DNA of 33,520 nt, taken from contig NC_068984.1 in the NCBI RefSeq assembly GCF_001194135.2, forward strand, positions 8,988,371 through 9,021,890, given 5' to 3'. Below, piece by piece: positions 10,105 through 21,649 of the stretch. Each line of letters starts with the position of its first letter. Position 1 is the stretch's first letter. A program made the position numbers and the translations under genes. The stretch is from Octopus bimaculoides. Taxonomy: Eukaryota. The notes under the pieces were generated by a model that was not told the origin of the DNA, made no database searches, and was given only the letters and a program-made list of their open reading frames with translations.

Positions 10105-10347
10105 TTACATGTATGTATATATGTATGTATGTATGTATGTATGCATGTATGTATGTATGTATGTGTGTATGTATGTTTGTATATATGTATATATGCATGT
10201 ATGTGTGTATGAATAAATGAAAGAATGTTATATGTTTTAATTATTTGATGTCTTCCTGTAAAGAACGAGCTAGTTTCTAACAAAGAGACAAAGCTGGTCT
10301 GTCTGTATGTATGTATGTCTGTATGTATGTATGTATGTATGTATCTG

Positions 10348-10400
<53 letters not shown>

Positions 10401-10425
10401 ATATATATATATATATATATATAAC
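10105..10425. repeat. Compound (TATG)n/(TCTA)n/(TA)n microsatellites
   Basis: Direct tetra- and dinucleotide repeats, interrupted by a unique stretch at about 10210-10300. Confidence 0.85.
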
Positions 10426-10627
10426 TACCCCTCTGTATATGTGTGCATATAATTCTATATATGATTGTCAGTCTCTGCGAATGCATAGTATAGAGAGGAT
10501 GTACATAGTGTTTGTACGTGTGGGTGTCTATCAATGTGTGTGTGTGTGTGTGTGCATACATATATATGTGTGTATGTGTGTACGAATGTGTGTACGTCCC
10601 TATAATTGCATAAAAGAAATAAAGGGA

Positions 10628-10865
10628 AGGCAGCGAGCTGGCAGAAGCGTTAGCATGCCGGGCGAAATGCTTAGCGGTATTTCGTCTGCCGTTACGTTCT
10701 GAGTTCAAATTCCGCCGAGGTCGACTTTGCCTTTCATCCTTTCGGGGTCGATAAATTAAGTAGCAGTTACGCACTGGGGTCGATGTAGTCGACTTAATCC
10801 CTTTGTCTGTCCTTGTTTGTCCCCTCTGTGTTTAGCCCCTTGTGGGCAATAAACAAATAAGAAAG
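10628..10865 (+). mobile_element. SINE family A, full length, long-tail variant
   Basis: Near-intact head and body; tail TTAATCCCTTTGTCTGTCCTTGTTTGTCCCCTCTGTGTTTAGCCCCTTGTGGGCAATAAACAAATAAG. Confidence 0.95.
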
Positions 10866-11628
10866 AAACCACAAGAAATGAGTGAATCGTAAATAAGCAT
10901 GTTTCTTCCGGTTATTTCATCATGTTGAACCATCAATCCCTACACATNNNNNNNNNNNNNNNNNNNNNNNNNNNNNNNNNNNNNNNNNNNNNNNNNNNNN
11001 NNNNNNNNNNNNNNNNNNNNNNNNNNNNNNNNNNNNNNNNNNNNNNNNNNNNNNNNNNNNNNNNNNNNNNNNNNNNNNNNNNNNNNNNNNNNNNNNNNNN
11101 NNNNNNNNNNNNNNNNNNNNNNNNNNNNNNNNNNNNNNNNNNNNNNNNNNNNNNNNNNNNNNNNNNNNNNNNNNNNNNNNNNNNNNNNNNNNNNNNNNNN
11201 NNNNNNNNNNNNNNNNNNNNNNNNNNNNNNNNNNNNNNNNNNNNNNNNNNNNNNNNNNNNNNNNNNNNNNNNNNNNNNNNNNNNNNNNNNNNNNNNNNNN
11301 NNNNNNNNNNNNNNNNNNNNNNNNNNNNNNNNNNNNNNNNNNNNNNNNNNNNNNNNNNNNNNNNNNNNNNNNNNNNNNNNNNNNNNNNNNNNNNNNNNNN
11401 NNNNNNNNNNNNNNNNNNNNNNNNNNNNNNNNNNNNNNNNNNNNNNNNNNNNNNNNNNNNNNNNNNNNNNNNNNNNNNNNNNNNNNNNNNNNNNNNNNNN
11501 NNNNNNNNNNNNNNNNNNNNNNNNNNNNNNNNNNNNNNNNNNNNNNNNNNNNNNNNNNNNNNNNNNNNNNNNNNNNNNNNNNNNNNNNNNNNNNNNNNNN
11601 NNNNNNNNNNNNNNNNNNNNNNNNNNNN

Positions 11629-11980
11629 AATTAGTGCATATTTATACACAAAAGAGATGACCCTAAACAGGACACCTTGCATGCTAAAAGGAACAGTCAA
11701 ATTCCAAACCGCGGTTAAGAGTAATTTCGGAGAGGGTGAAAAATAAAGACATTTTCAATAGTTACTACTTTTACCTAGGTTTCGAACATTAATGAACAAA
11801 ATAACGGATAACAAATTATTTCATTTGTTCATTAATGTTCGAAACCTAGGTGTAAGTGGTAACTATTGAAAATGTACTTACTTTTCATCCCCTTCGAAAT
11901 TACTCTTAACCGTGGTTTGGACTTTGACTAGTCCTTTATCATGTAGGGTCTCCTGATTATTGTATAAACGTACACTAATT
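11629..11980. repeat. About 350-bp palindrome (foldback or MITE-like)
   Basis: Arms pair end to end; 28-bp perfect core 11773-11800 with 11824-11851; outer ends AATTAGTGCATATTTATACA and TGTATAAACGTACACTAATT. The left end abuts a gap. Confidence 0.9.
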
Positions 11981-12113
11981 TTATATGAAAAATATGTTGT
12001 CTATTGATTATTTTATGTATGTTAGCCACTGGTAAAACATTTCTCTAATTCTTCAATATATATATATATATCATAAAGGATAATATCTATGTAGCATTTT
12101 TGTTTCACTCCTA

Positions 12114-12229
12114 CGGCTGACAGGCGGACTCGTCCCACACGTAACAGCAGCCGTTCGGCATAAGCCCACAGGTCGGAAATCTTTGGACACTGCACGAGTG
12201 CGTGCAGAACGGTTTCGTCGCTCTGACCG
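12114..12229 (-). mobile_element. 116-bp perfect inverted copy of an internal piece of the LINE at 12927-13280
   Basis: Reverse complement identical (116/116, manual comparison) to 13092-13207. Confidence 0.95.
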
Positions 12230-12298
12230 TTCATCATGGCAATGGAATAATACATGTATTAGCACTTTAGAGGCAATTACCTATTATTTTTAATATAC

Positions 12299-12301
<3 letters not shown>

Positions 12302-12381
<80 letters not shown>

Positions 12382-12398
12382 CGTGTGTGTGTGTGTGT
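12302..12398. repeat. (TG)n microsatellite
   Basis: Direct repeat. Confidence 0.95.
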
Positions 12399-12926
12399 AT
12401 GTATAACGCAAGATTGAAGCAGTGATCTCATTGTTCCGGCTGCAGTTATTCTCGGCACGGCAGACGTAATATAAAAAAAAAAACATGATGTGTATTTAAT
12501 GTGTGTGTGCTTCTCTCTCTTTCTTTCTCCCCCTCTCTCTCTCTGCTTATGGAGCTGTCAATTTTATTTATTTATCTATTACAACTAATTAAAAATAACT
12601 TCTGTGATGAGTGTAATTCCCCAGTAGAACACAACGAACTGTTATCCGCCGGATTAAGACAGCAAGATTACAACCTTCAATTGTTGCTAGACAGTGTATG
12701 TCAGTACGATAATCGGTGAGAAGTCAGCTTTAGCTTTGTTATAAATTCGGATTAGAGCGTCTGATTACAAGATTCAAGTGGCAAGAGACTTGGAAGTTGA
12801 CGGTTACTTTTGCTCTTCGTTTTTTAATGGATCTCGGCATTGTTCTATCTCTCTGTCTGTCTGACTCTCTATCCATCTATCTGTCTATCTATCTATCTAT
12901 CTATGTATCTATCTATCTATCTATCT

Positions 12927-13280
12927 CGACGAGGAACACCTGACCCGCCTGTTCAGAACAACTTTTGGGCCGGGACCTATGGACAACTACCAGAGATCCT
13001 TGGCCTGGCAGTGCTATCGAGAAGCATTACCCGTTCGGGATAAGCTGTACAGGCACGGTTCGAGACACACCGGACCGACCTGCCCGATGTGCGGTCAGAG
13101 CGACGAAACCGTTCTGCACGCACTCGTGCAGTGTCCAAAGATTTCCGACCTGTGGGCTTATGCCGAACGGCTGCTGTTACGTGTGGGACGAGTCCGCCTG
13201 TCAGCCGAGTCTATTGTGCAAATTGCTCCGCCACCGTCCCTCAACAGGGAAGGCAAGGCAGTGTTCATCATACTGGTGGC
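12927..13280 (+). mobile_element. 5'-truncated L1/Tx1-clade non-LTR retrotransposon, ORF2 C-terminal zinc-knuckle (zf-RVT) region
   Basis: Open frame from 12928: DEEHLTRLFRTTFGPGPMDNYQRSLAWQCYREALPVRDKLYRHGSRHTGPTCPMCGQSDETVLHALVQCPKISDLWAYAERLL, with a CxxC...HxxxxC motif; runs into a gap; no stops, so young. Confidence 0.85.
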
Positions 13281-13992
13281 NNNNNNNNNNNNNNNNNNNN
13301 NNNNNNNNNNNNNNNNNNNNNNNNNNNNNNNNNNNNNNNNNNNNNNNNNNNNNNNNNNNNNNNNNNNNNNNNNNNNNNNNNNNNNNNNNNNNNNNNNNNN
13401 NNNNNNNNNNNNNNNNNNNNNNNNNNNNNNNNNNNNNNNNNNNNNNNNNNNNNNNNNNNNNNNNNNNNNNNNNNNNNNNNNNNNNNNNNNNNNNNNNNNN
13501 NNNNNNNNNNNNNNNNNNNNNNNNNNNNNNNNNNNNNNNNNNNNNNNNNNNNNNNNNNNNNNNNNNNNNNNNNNNNNNNNNNNNNNNNNNNNNNNNNNNN
13601 NNNNNNNNNNNNNNNNNNNNNNNNNNNNNNNNNNNNNNNNNNNNNNNNNNNNNNNNNNNNNNNNNNNNNNNNNNNNNNNNNNNNNNNNNNNNNNNNNNNN
13701 NNNNNNNNNNNNNNNNNNNNNNNNNNNNNNNNNNNNNNNNNNNNNNNNNNNNNNNNNNNNNNNNNNNNNNNNNNNNNNNNNNNNNNNNNNNNNNNNNNNN
13801 NNNNNNNNNNNNNNNNNNNNNNNNNNNNNNNNNNNNNNNNNNNNNNNNNNNNNNNNNNNNNNNNNNNNNNNNNNNNNNNNNNNNNNNNNNNNNNNNNNNN
13901 NNNNNNNNNNNNNNNNNNNNNNNNNNNNNNNNNNNNNNNNNNNNNNNNNNNNNNNNNNNNNNNNNNNNNNNNNNNNNNNNNNNNNNNNNNNN

Positions 13993-14062
<70 letters not shown>

Positions 14063-14086
14063 TGTGTGTGTGTGTGTGTGTGTGTG
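13993..14086. repeat. (TG)n microsatellite
   Basis: Direct repeat after gap. Confidence 0.95.
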
Positions 14087-14482
14087 TACGTGTATATACA
14101 CATACGTGCATACACACAAAAACACACACACACACAAGATGTTTACAGAAAGTTACCAGACTGCCCACGCTGTGATTTTGCTTCTGAATAAGCTGAATCG
14201 ATTGCATCACAGCCTGGTATCCATCTTTGGTATCCTGGTTACTTAGTCATTCTACAAATATACTTTATGCTATTTGTCTCCAATGTTTTACAATGTTGTG
14301 CTGGGCGGAGATGGGATAGTTAAAATGGCTGACAGTTTTCGGCAATGACTCCTCCATCCAAATTTTACTTCATACACGGTAAATTTGCTACGCACATTTT
14401 CAGAATTGTCTCCTCATTTTATCAAGCACTTATCGTACGCAGTATTATGGCTTGCACATATGTTATGATACCAAACGAATGC

Positions 14483-14751
14483 TGGTGGTATGTTGTCAAC
14501 TTAATATGACAATCCCATGAAAGGGAATAATACTACTGCTATTTAGCTCTAGGAAGTACCGCTTCTATCACCCTTGACACATTTCTTGTGTCTTTATGTA
14601 CACAAAGTGAGAGATAAGCACCTCCATCCAGCAAAGCCAGCATCCAGAGACTAGTTTCTGAGTCATTGCCCGTCATCTGCCCTAGGGCTAAACACCAGTA
14701 GTATTATTCCCTTTCATGGGACTGTCACATTAAGTTGACAACATACCATCA
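14483..14751. mobile_element. MITE-like element with 56-bp (extendable to about 72-bp) terminal inverted repeats
   Basis: 14483-14538 versus reverse complement of 14696-14751: 53 of 56 identical; non-coding interior; no clear TSD. Confidence 0.75.
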
Positions 14752-15094
14752 CTTTATCGTGTTACTACGATAATACATTTCTAAATCTCTCTCTGAGAGA
14801 TCCAGAAACGTATTATTTCTAAACGAATGTTGTTTCAATATGTTGTTAACCACATTATTGCATTCAGTGCAGTCACAATCATAAAATGGATTCATTGGAT
14901 TCATTATATCGCCGCAGAAGGCAGGTTTTCAGCTTCTTCGTTGATTTTCCTTCATTTATATTGAATTGGCAATCATCATTTTCATCAATGGACAGAGTTA
15001 AACTGATATTATTTGCGGTGAAGTGCTTCTGTTGAAATGAGGTTCAGTTATAACCAAGATCGTTACTGGCAGACGTTTATTTAAGGTGATGCTT

Positions 15095-15430
15095 TTGTTG
15101 TTGTTGGTGGTGCTGCTGCTGATGGTGGCGGCGGTGGTGGTGGTGGTGTTGTTGTTGGTGTTTTTGTTGTTGTTGGTGGTGGTTGTGGTGGTAGTGGTGT
15201 TGGTGGTGGTAGTGGTGGCGGCGGTGGTGGTGGTGTTGTTGTTGGTGTTGGTGTTTCTGTTGTTGTTGTTGGTGGTGTTGTTGGTGTTTTTGTTGTTGTT
15301 ATTGTTATTGGCGGTGGTGGCGGTAGTGGTAGTGTTGGTGGTGGTGTTGCTGCTACTACTACTGTTGCTGTTACTACTGCTGCTTCTGCTGCTACTGCCA
15401 CTGCTACCGCAACTGCTGCTGTTGCTGCTG
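15095..15430. repeat. Mosaic trinucleotide repeat (GTT/GGT/GCT/ACT)
   Basis: Low-complexity triplet mosaic with partial higher-order duplication (GGTGGCGGCGGTGGTGGTGG at about 15124 and 15213). Confidence 0.9.
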
Positions 15431-15729
15431 ATAGTAAACTTCAGATCAGTAACGATCGAAAATATTCCACCCATGGCCACCCCATTTTTTATTCATACAA
15501 TGATCAACGATATCTCACCACCAGCGCCACCAAAGGATGACTTCTGTCCTTCGAAAATAAAGGTACGTGTGTTGAACGCCAAAATAAAGCCTCCTTTACA
15601 ACAAAAAGGGACGAAACCTGGAGTGAGGGTATAGTCACCCATCCTAACAACAGTCTTAAGTAGGTTCATATAGACGCTGACGGGCCTTGTGGCTGGAGTA
15701 GAAAAAAATTTATAGACTGATAAAGCGTC

Positions 15730-15855
15730 GAGCTGAGTTCAAATTCCGCGGAGGTCGACTTGCCTTTCATTTTTCGGGGCCGATAAAACAAGTACCAGTT
15801 GAGCAACGGGTCGATCTAATCGACTTACCTCACACTCTCCCGCGAAAATTTTAGA
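15730..15855 (+). mobile_element. SINE family A, 5'-truncated
   Basis: CTGAGTTCAAATTCCGCGGAGGTCGACTTGCCTTTCAT...GTACCAGTTGAGCAACGGGTCGATCTAATCGACTTACC. Confidence 0.85.
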
Positions 15856-16441
15856 CCAATATATAAACACTGATGAATATATTTTAATCAACGAATCACA
15901 ATATAGAACAGATGGGAGCTGAACTAAAAGAACAGAATATCTGTCAGTTGTGAATATTTCCAATTCAGCATTTACCAAGAAGAAAATAGAACGTCGCTCT
16001 TATTCTTAAGTTTCGGATTTCTCTATTTCTTATAAGACATACTGTAACAATGGTGTCATATTAGTACTGTTCGTAGACGACATGCTAAGTCAATCAGTTG
16101 TCTTTTCCTTCCTATTTAATGCAAGCCGAAGTTGTCATCCTTGTCAGCTTTTCTGAATCAGTAATGTACAGAATATCCCATGGTGGCTAATTTCAACGAA
16201 AAAAAACTGACGCTGGATAAATATCAGTGTCTCTGAAAACGACAGCTTTTCAATTCAGTTTTTGTAAAGATGTCGAATTAACTAATGTGAAATGCAATTA
16301 AGTAAAAGAAAGAACTCAATACGCTTAGGTAGAGTGGAATAACATTTATTTAAAATTAAGTCTGTGTAGGTTACAATATAGAGAAACACCGTTCACGATT
16401 TCAATTCTCGACGTCCTCAAGAAATAGAAAAAAAAATACTT

Positions 16442-16590
16442 AGCAGGCTTGGCAGGTGGTAAGAAGTTTACTGCCCAACAACATGGTTCTGGGTTCGATC
16501 TCATGTTGGGTGACACCTTGGGCAAGTGTTTTCTATTGTAGCTTCGAGCCGATCAAAGCCTTGTGAGCAGACATGATAGAGGAAAATAAT
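16442..16590 (+). mobile_element. SINE family B head, diverged
   Basis: GGTGGTAAGAAGTTT...ACATGGTTCTGGGTTCGATC...CACCTTGGGCAAGTG...GATCAAAGCCTTGTGAG. Confidence 0.8.
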
Positions 16591-16913
16591 CTGATCGTAT
16601 ACCTGTGTGTTTGTTTTTTATCATCATTGTTGCTGGTGGTGCTGTTGTTGTTGTTGTTGTCGTTGGTGGTGGTGGTGGTGGTGGTGTTCATGTTAACGAT
16701 GGTGGTGGTTAAACATGTCTGGGGTGTCCCATGATCACATATGAAGGGACGATCTTTTTGCAAACTGTGTAATGCATTATTATCCGTTGTGACCCGTTTT
16801 TCACTTGGCAAGATATGTTCCCGATACTGTTACAGACTTAGTTTTCATAACATACGCACAAACGTACACATACATACACGCGCATATCTGAACATGTATG
16901 TGTGTGTGTGTAC

Positions 16914-16959
<46 letters not shown>

Positions 16960-17012
16960 GAGAATATACAAATAATAACAACAGACGAGGACAGGTGGTG
17001 TAAATAACAAAA
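16960..17012 (-). mobile_element. Fragment of the repeat family at 1244-1295, truncated by a gap
   Basis: Reverse complement TTTGTTATTTACACCACCTGTCCTCGTCTGTTG. Confidence 0.5.
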
Positions 17013-17847
17013 NNNNNNNNNNNNNNNNNNNNNNNNNNNNNNNNNNNNNNNNNNNNNNNNNNNNNNNNNNNNNNNNNNNNNNNNNNNNNNNNNNNNNNNN
17101 NNNNNNNNNNNNNNNNNNNNNNNNNNNNNNNNNNNNNNNNNNNNNNNNNNNNNNNNNNNNNNNNNNNNNNNNNNNNNNNNNNNNNNNNNNNNNNNNNNNN
17201 NNNNNNNNNNNNNNNNNNNNNNNNNNNNNNNNNNNNNNNNNNNNNNNNNNNNNNNNNNNNNNNNNNNNNNNNNNNNNNNNNNNNNNNNNNNNNNNNNNNN
17301 NNNNNNNNNNNNNNNNNNNNNNNNNNNNNNNNNNNNNNNNNNNNNNNNNNNNNNNNNNNNNNNNNNNNNNNNNNNNNNNNNNNNNNNNNNNNNNNNNNNN
17401 NNNNNNNNNNNNNNNNNNNNNNNNNNNNNNNNNNNNNNNNNNNNAATGTCATGAAATAAAATGAAATGAAACAGATTTTGATGTTAATGATGGACTTTTC
17501 ATTTTTTTTCATACGGATATAACAAGAAATTCGCAAATAACGTATGATAAAAGGCACTGGAAGCCTATGGAATCATTCCCTTAGTGAAGAAAGTAAATTT
17601 TCACCCGGATAAATATAATATATATAGATATATAAGTATATGATTATTACAAATTTGGGATTTTACCAATAGGACCACAGCTTCAATTTCAGGACAACCT
17701 TATTTTCTGGAGTACACATTGAAAGTTATATCTAAAACACTAATCTAATGATATAATCATTTGAAAGCCTACTATAACGTACAATAAAGTACATTAGAAT
17801 TAGTTATAAATTATTTAAACACATTTCAAAAAATATATATACCTTAC

Positions 17848-17858
17848 CTGTCATTAGT
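17848..17858 (-). CDS. Candidate 11-nt microexon (ACTAATGACAG)
   Basis: Acceptor TATTATCTTCTTTCTCCACAG immediately upstream, donor CAG|GTAAGG immediately downstream; reads TND+AG in frame after 19360-19420. Confidence 0.55.
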
Positions 17859-17934
17859 CTGTGGAGAAAGAAGATAATATTAACCAACGCTACACGTGCT
17901 TCAGCGCTGGCGGATTGTTTGATTTGATCTTGGT

Positions 17935-18210
17935 TAGCGGATTACGACCATTCTGCAGCACCACCTTGAAGTGTTTCTATCGAACAATACGACACTAGTA
18001 CCTAAGTTTTCGTTTTTTTTTTTTGTACCGGAGTCTCATTCTATCGGTCTCTTTCCTTTGGAGAAACGCTAAGTTACAAACCGGCATTGGTTGTCTAGCG
18101 GTGAGCAGGGGGGACAAGCAATCATAAATATACACACATATACACACCCCTCACGCATATACATACGCCCCCATACATACGCATGTATATGTCTGTGTGT
18201 GTGCGTGTGT

Positions 18211-18246
<36 letters not shown>

Positions 18247-18290
18247 ACAGAAAATAGACTTCCATATATTTCACTCACAAATCACTGTTC
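17935..18290 (-). mobile_element. SINE family B 3' half plus microsatellite, diverged
   Basis: TTCTATCGGTCTC...GCTAAGTTAC...GCATTGGTTGTCTAGCGGTG...GGGGGACAA matches the reverse-complement tail of family B. Confidence 0.7.
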
Positions 18291-18293
18291 GAC

Positions 18294-18328
<35 letters not shown>

Positions 18329-18389
18329 GAAGGAGAGAGTGACAAGTGCGCATACGCGAAAATACACATGGCCACGCACTCACACAGAC

Positions 18390-18422
18390 ATACATATATG
18401 CATATATACATATATATATACG

Positions 18423-18463
<41 letters not shown>

Positions 18464-18496
18464 TTGTGTGTGTGTGTGCGTGTGTGTGTGTGTGTG

Positions 18497-18540
<44 letters not shown>

Positions 18541-18618
18541 TATACACGCTCACACATGTATGTATGTATGTATGTATGTATGTATGTATGTATGCATGTA
18601 TGTATGTATATATGTATG
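18390..18618. repeat. Compound (TA)/(TG)/(TATG) microsatellite
   Basis: Direct repeats. Confidence 0.9.
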
Positions 18619-19048
18619 CAAGGAAGACAAATTAAATGAGAAACAAACAGCATGAAAGTATGAACATAATATAACGTCAAAATGAAATTCTTTTGTTGAA
18701 AATTTATTCTCAAAAGCAGCAAAAGGACGGACTGAAGATGGCATATACCAAACGTACAAATCAGCATCAAATAAAATGAAGCCTTAGGTGATGTAGAATA
18801 ACAATTTTTACCAAGCAGCTGCCATTATGAAAACAGTCCGAGCTGCCATCTTTAATTCTCGGCCGCATTACATTTCCTATCACCATGGTATCAAAACCTT
18901 ATGATGCTCTCATTTAGATTGCATTGTTTGTTATTTACTTGATAGTCATGCAACAAGTGTTTATCGAAAGTAGCTGAAAACCTGTTTTTCACATGATTAA
19001 ATTAAATATTTAGAAAGTCTATCATAGTACACAATAGAAATCGTTGCA

Positions 19049-19049
<1 letters not shown>

Positions 19050-19115
<66 letters not shown>

Positions 19116-19235
19116 GTTGTTGTTGTTGTTGTTGTTATTATTGTCATTACTATTGTTGTTACTGTTGTTGTTGTTGTTATTATTATTATTATGATTATTA
19201 TTATTATTATTATTATTATTATTTTTATTATAATT
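19050..19235. repeat. (ATT)n/(GTT)n trinucleotide microsatellite
   Basis: Direct repeat; source of ORF 19044-19283. Confidence 0.95.
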
Positions 19236-19359
19236 ATTACGTTATGTCGATGTAAGCAGTTGTGTACTAAGCCCGCTCTGTAAATTTCTTCTTTCCTTTT
19301 TCTTTCTTTTTTTCGTTTTTTTTTTTTTCGAAGAACAAATTAAACAAAAAAAATATTAC

Positions 19360-19420
19360 CTTTTGGATAGTTTTCAACAGAGAAAATTCCCCCAGCTCGT
19401 GATGGGTGTCTCCTACACAT
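19360..19420 (-). CDS. Candidate internal exon (61 nt, phase 2-0)
   Basis: Acceptor GTGTCTCTGTTTGCAG, donor AAG|GTAATA; open frame CVGDTHHELGEFSLLKTIQK in phase with both neighbours. Confidence 0.55.
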
Positions 19421-21435
19421 CTGCAAACAGAGACACTATGTCTATGATATTATGGCATAATTATATTTTCCTGTTTCTGTTTCTCTTCAGAGAAACGAGC
19501 CCCACCCCNNNNNNNNNNNNNNNNNNNNNNNNNNNNNNNNNNNNNNNNNNNNNNNNNNNNNNNNNNNNNNNNNNNNNNNNNNNNNNNNNNNNNNNNNNNN
19601 NNNNNNNNNNNNNNNNNNNNNNNNNNNNNNNNNNNNNNNNNNNNNNNNNNNNNNNNNNNNNNNNNNNNNNNNNCCCTACCTCGACCTCAATAAAAAAAAA
19701 GTGATCGTTGCAACACAGAAAATAAAAAAAGGAAGAACATTGCGAAAAGAACCAATTTAATTTCGAAACAAGTCCCACGAATTGTCTGCGATAATAATAT
19801 TTTAACAATTTGTATGATTTGAACAGCAAAAAACAACAAAACCACAGTTTACCAAAGTAAGCAAGCGAAGAAATTTTAATGAAGGACACTGCTGTCGACA
19901 GCGATAAAAAACAGGATTGTGTGTAAAACATTGGCAAGCGTTGGTAGCCACGAAGAAGCACTGGACACGAGTGAACAAAAAGAAAATGGGATGTATGTAA
20001 TACATATAAGTGAGCAAACGAAACCCCATTATGCTTGGGGGTATTTTGTATATGAACGAACAAGGTAGAAGTTCACAAGATGCTGAATCAACTAGCCAAT
20101 GAAAGACAACACTTTGCTTTGGCACATACGTTTACGTTTATGCAACACCGATTGTAAATTATTTAAGGCCACACAAACGCATATATATTGTAGATTAGAT
20201 AACTTTGGTAGGTCCGATCAAGGATTGGCTCAACCCATGTCTAACGTAACAGCACCATCTGATAAGATCTTTTAAGTCATTTTAAAGTCAAGTTTTGTTG
20301 TATTATGTTCCATTCAAGTAGGGAGTTCTTGTTGACTGACGTGTATCCTTGTGTAGGTGACTAATGAAGTGAAGTTTATGACATACTTTCTTCTTCCGTT
20401 GTCATTTTAACTTTGTTATATATATATATATNNNNNNNNNNNNNNNNNNNNNNNNNNNNNNNNNNNNNNNNNNNNNNNNNNNNNNNNNNNNNNNNNNNNN
20501 NNNNNNNNNNNNNNNNNNNNNNNNNNNNNNNNNNNNNNNNNNNNNNNNNNNNNNNNNNNNNNNNNNNNNNNNNNNNNNNNNNNNNNNNNNNNNNNNNNNN
20601 NNNNNNNNNNNNNNNNNNNNNNNNNNNNNNNNNNNNNNNNNNNNNNNNNNNNNNNNNNNNNNNNNNNNNNNNNNNNNNNNNNNNNNNNNNNNNNNNNNNN
20701 NNNNNNNNNNNNNNNNNNNNNNNNNNNNNNNNNNNNNNNNNNNNNNNNNNNNNNNNNNNNNNNNNNNNNNNNNNNNNNNNNNNNNNNNNNNNNNNNNNNN
20801 NNNNNNNNNNNNNNNNNNNNNNNNNNNNNNNNNNNNNNNNNNNNNNNNNNNNNNNNNNNNNNNNNNNNNNNNNNNNNNNNNNNNNNNNNNNNNNNNNNNN
20901 NNNNNNNNNNNNNNNNNNNNNNNNNNNNNNNNNNNNNNNNNNNNNNNNNNNNNNNNNNNNNNNNNNNNNNNNNNNNNNNNNNNNNNNNNNNNNNNNNNNN
21001 NNNNNNNNNNNNNNNNNNNNNNNNNNNNNNNNNNNNNNNNNNNNNNNNNNNNNNNNNNNNNNNNNNNNNNNNNNNNNNNNNNNNNNNNNNNNNNNNNNNN
21101 NNNNNNNNNNNNNNNNNNNNNNNNNNNNNNNNNNNNNNNNNNNNNNNNNNNNNNNNNNNNNNNNNNNNNNNNNNNNNNNNNNNNNNNNNNNNNNNNNNNN
21201 NNNNNNNNNNNNNNNNNNNNNNNNNNNNNNNNNNNNNNNNNNNNNNNNNNNNNNNNNNNNNNNNNNNNNNNNNNNNNNNNNNNNNNNNNNNNNNNNNNNN
21301 NNNNNNNNNNNNNNNNNNNNNNNNNNNNNNNNNNNNNNNNNNNNNNNNNNNNNNNNNNNNNNNNNNNNNNNTATATATATGCGTGCTTGTCCATCTTTGC
21401 GATTTTGCTATCAGGTCCAGCAGTATATTTCTTAC

Positions 21436-21467
21436 CGCGAACACTTCTCCCACTGGATTATGTTGCG
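21436..21467 (-). CDS. Candidate internal exon (32 nt, phase 0-2)
   Basis: Acceptor CTAACATTCTATTCAG with a CTAAC branch-like motif, donor GCG|GTAAGA; reads RNIIQWEKCS+CG. Confidence 0.55.
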
Positions 21468-21649
21468 CTGAATAGAATGTTAGATTTTAGGATTCTGGAC
21501 AAGTCCGAACACTAATCTGAAGTTTATCTAATTCTACCACTTATATGAGCGTTTTGCCACCCATCCAATATACATATACACAAAAATGACACCCACACAC
21601 ATATATACATATACATATGTATGCATACATCTAAGTATATAGATAGATA

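Noticed and set aside
12625-12716. Plus-strand exon candidate EHNELLSAGLRQQDYNLQLLLDSVCQYDN with CG|GTGAGA donor
   Set aside because: Isolated, weak acceptor, unrecognised peptide, no phase-compatible neighbours found.
14998-15634. Overlapping 160-, 106- and 182-aa ORFs rich in Thr/Asn/Pro or Leu/Val
   Set aside because: Produced by a stop-free triplet mosaic on both strands; could mimic a mucin or TM protein but lacks supporting splice or context evidence.
15829-15923. Minus-strand exon candidate with strong acceptor and GAG|GTAAGT donor
   Set aside because: The donor lies within a SINE A copy and the open phase does not match the upstream microexon.
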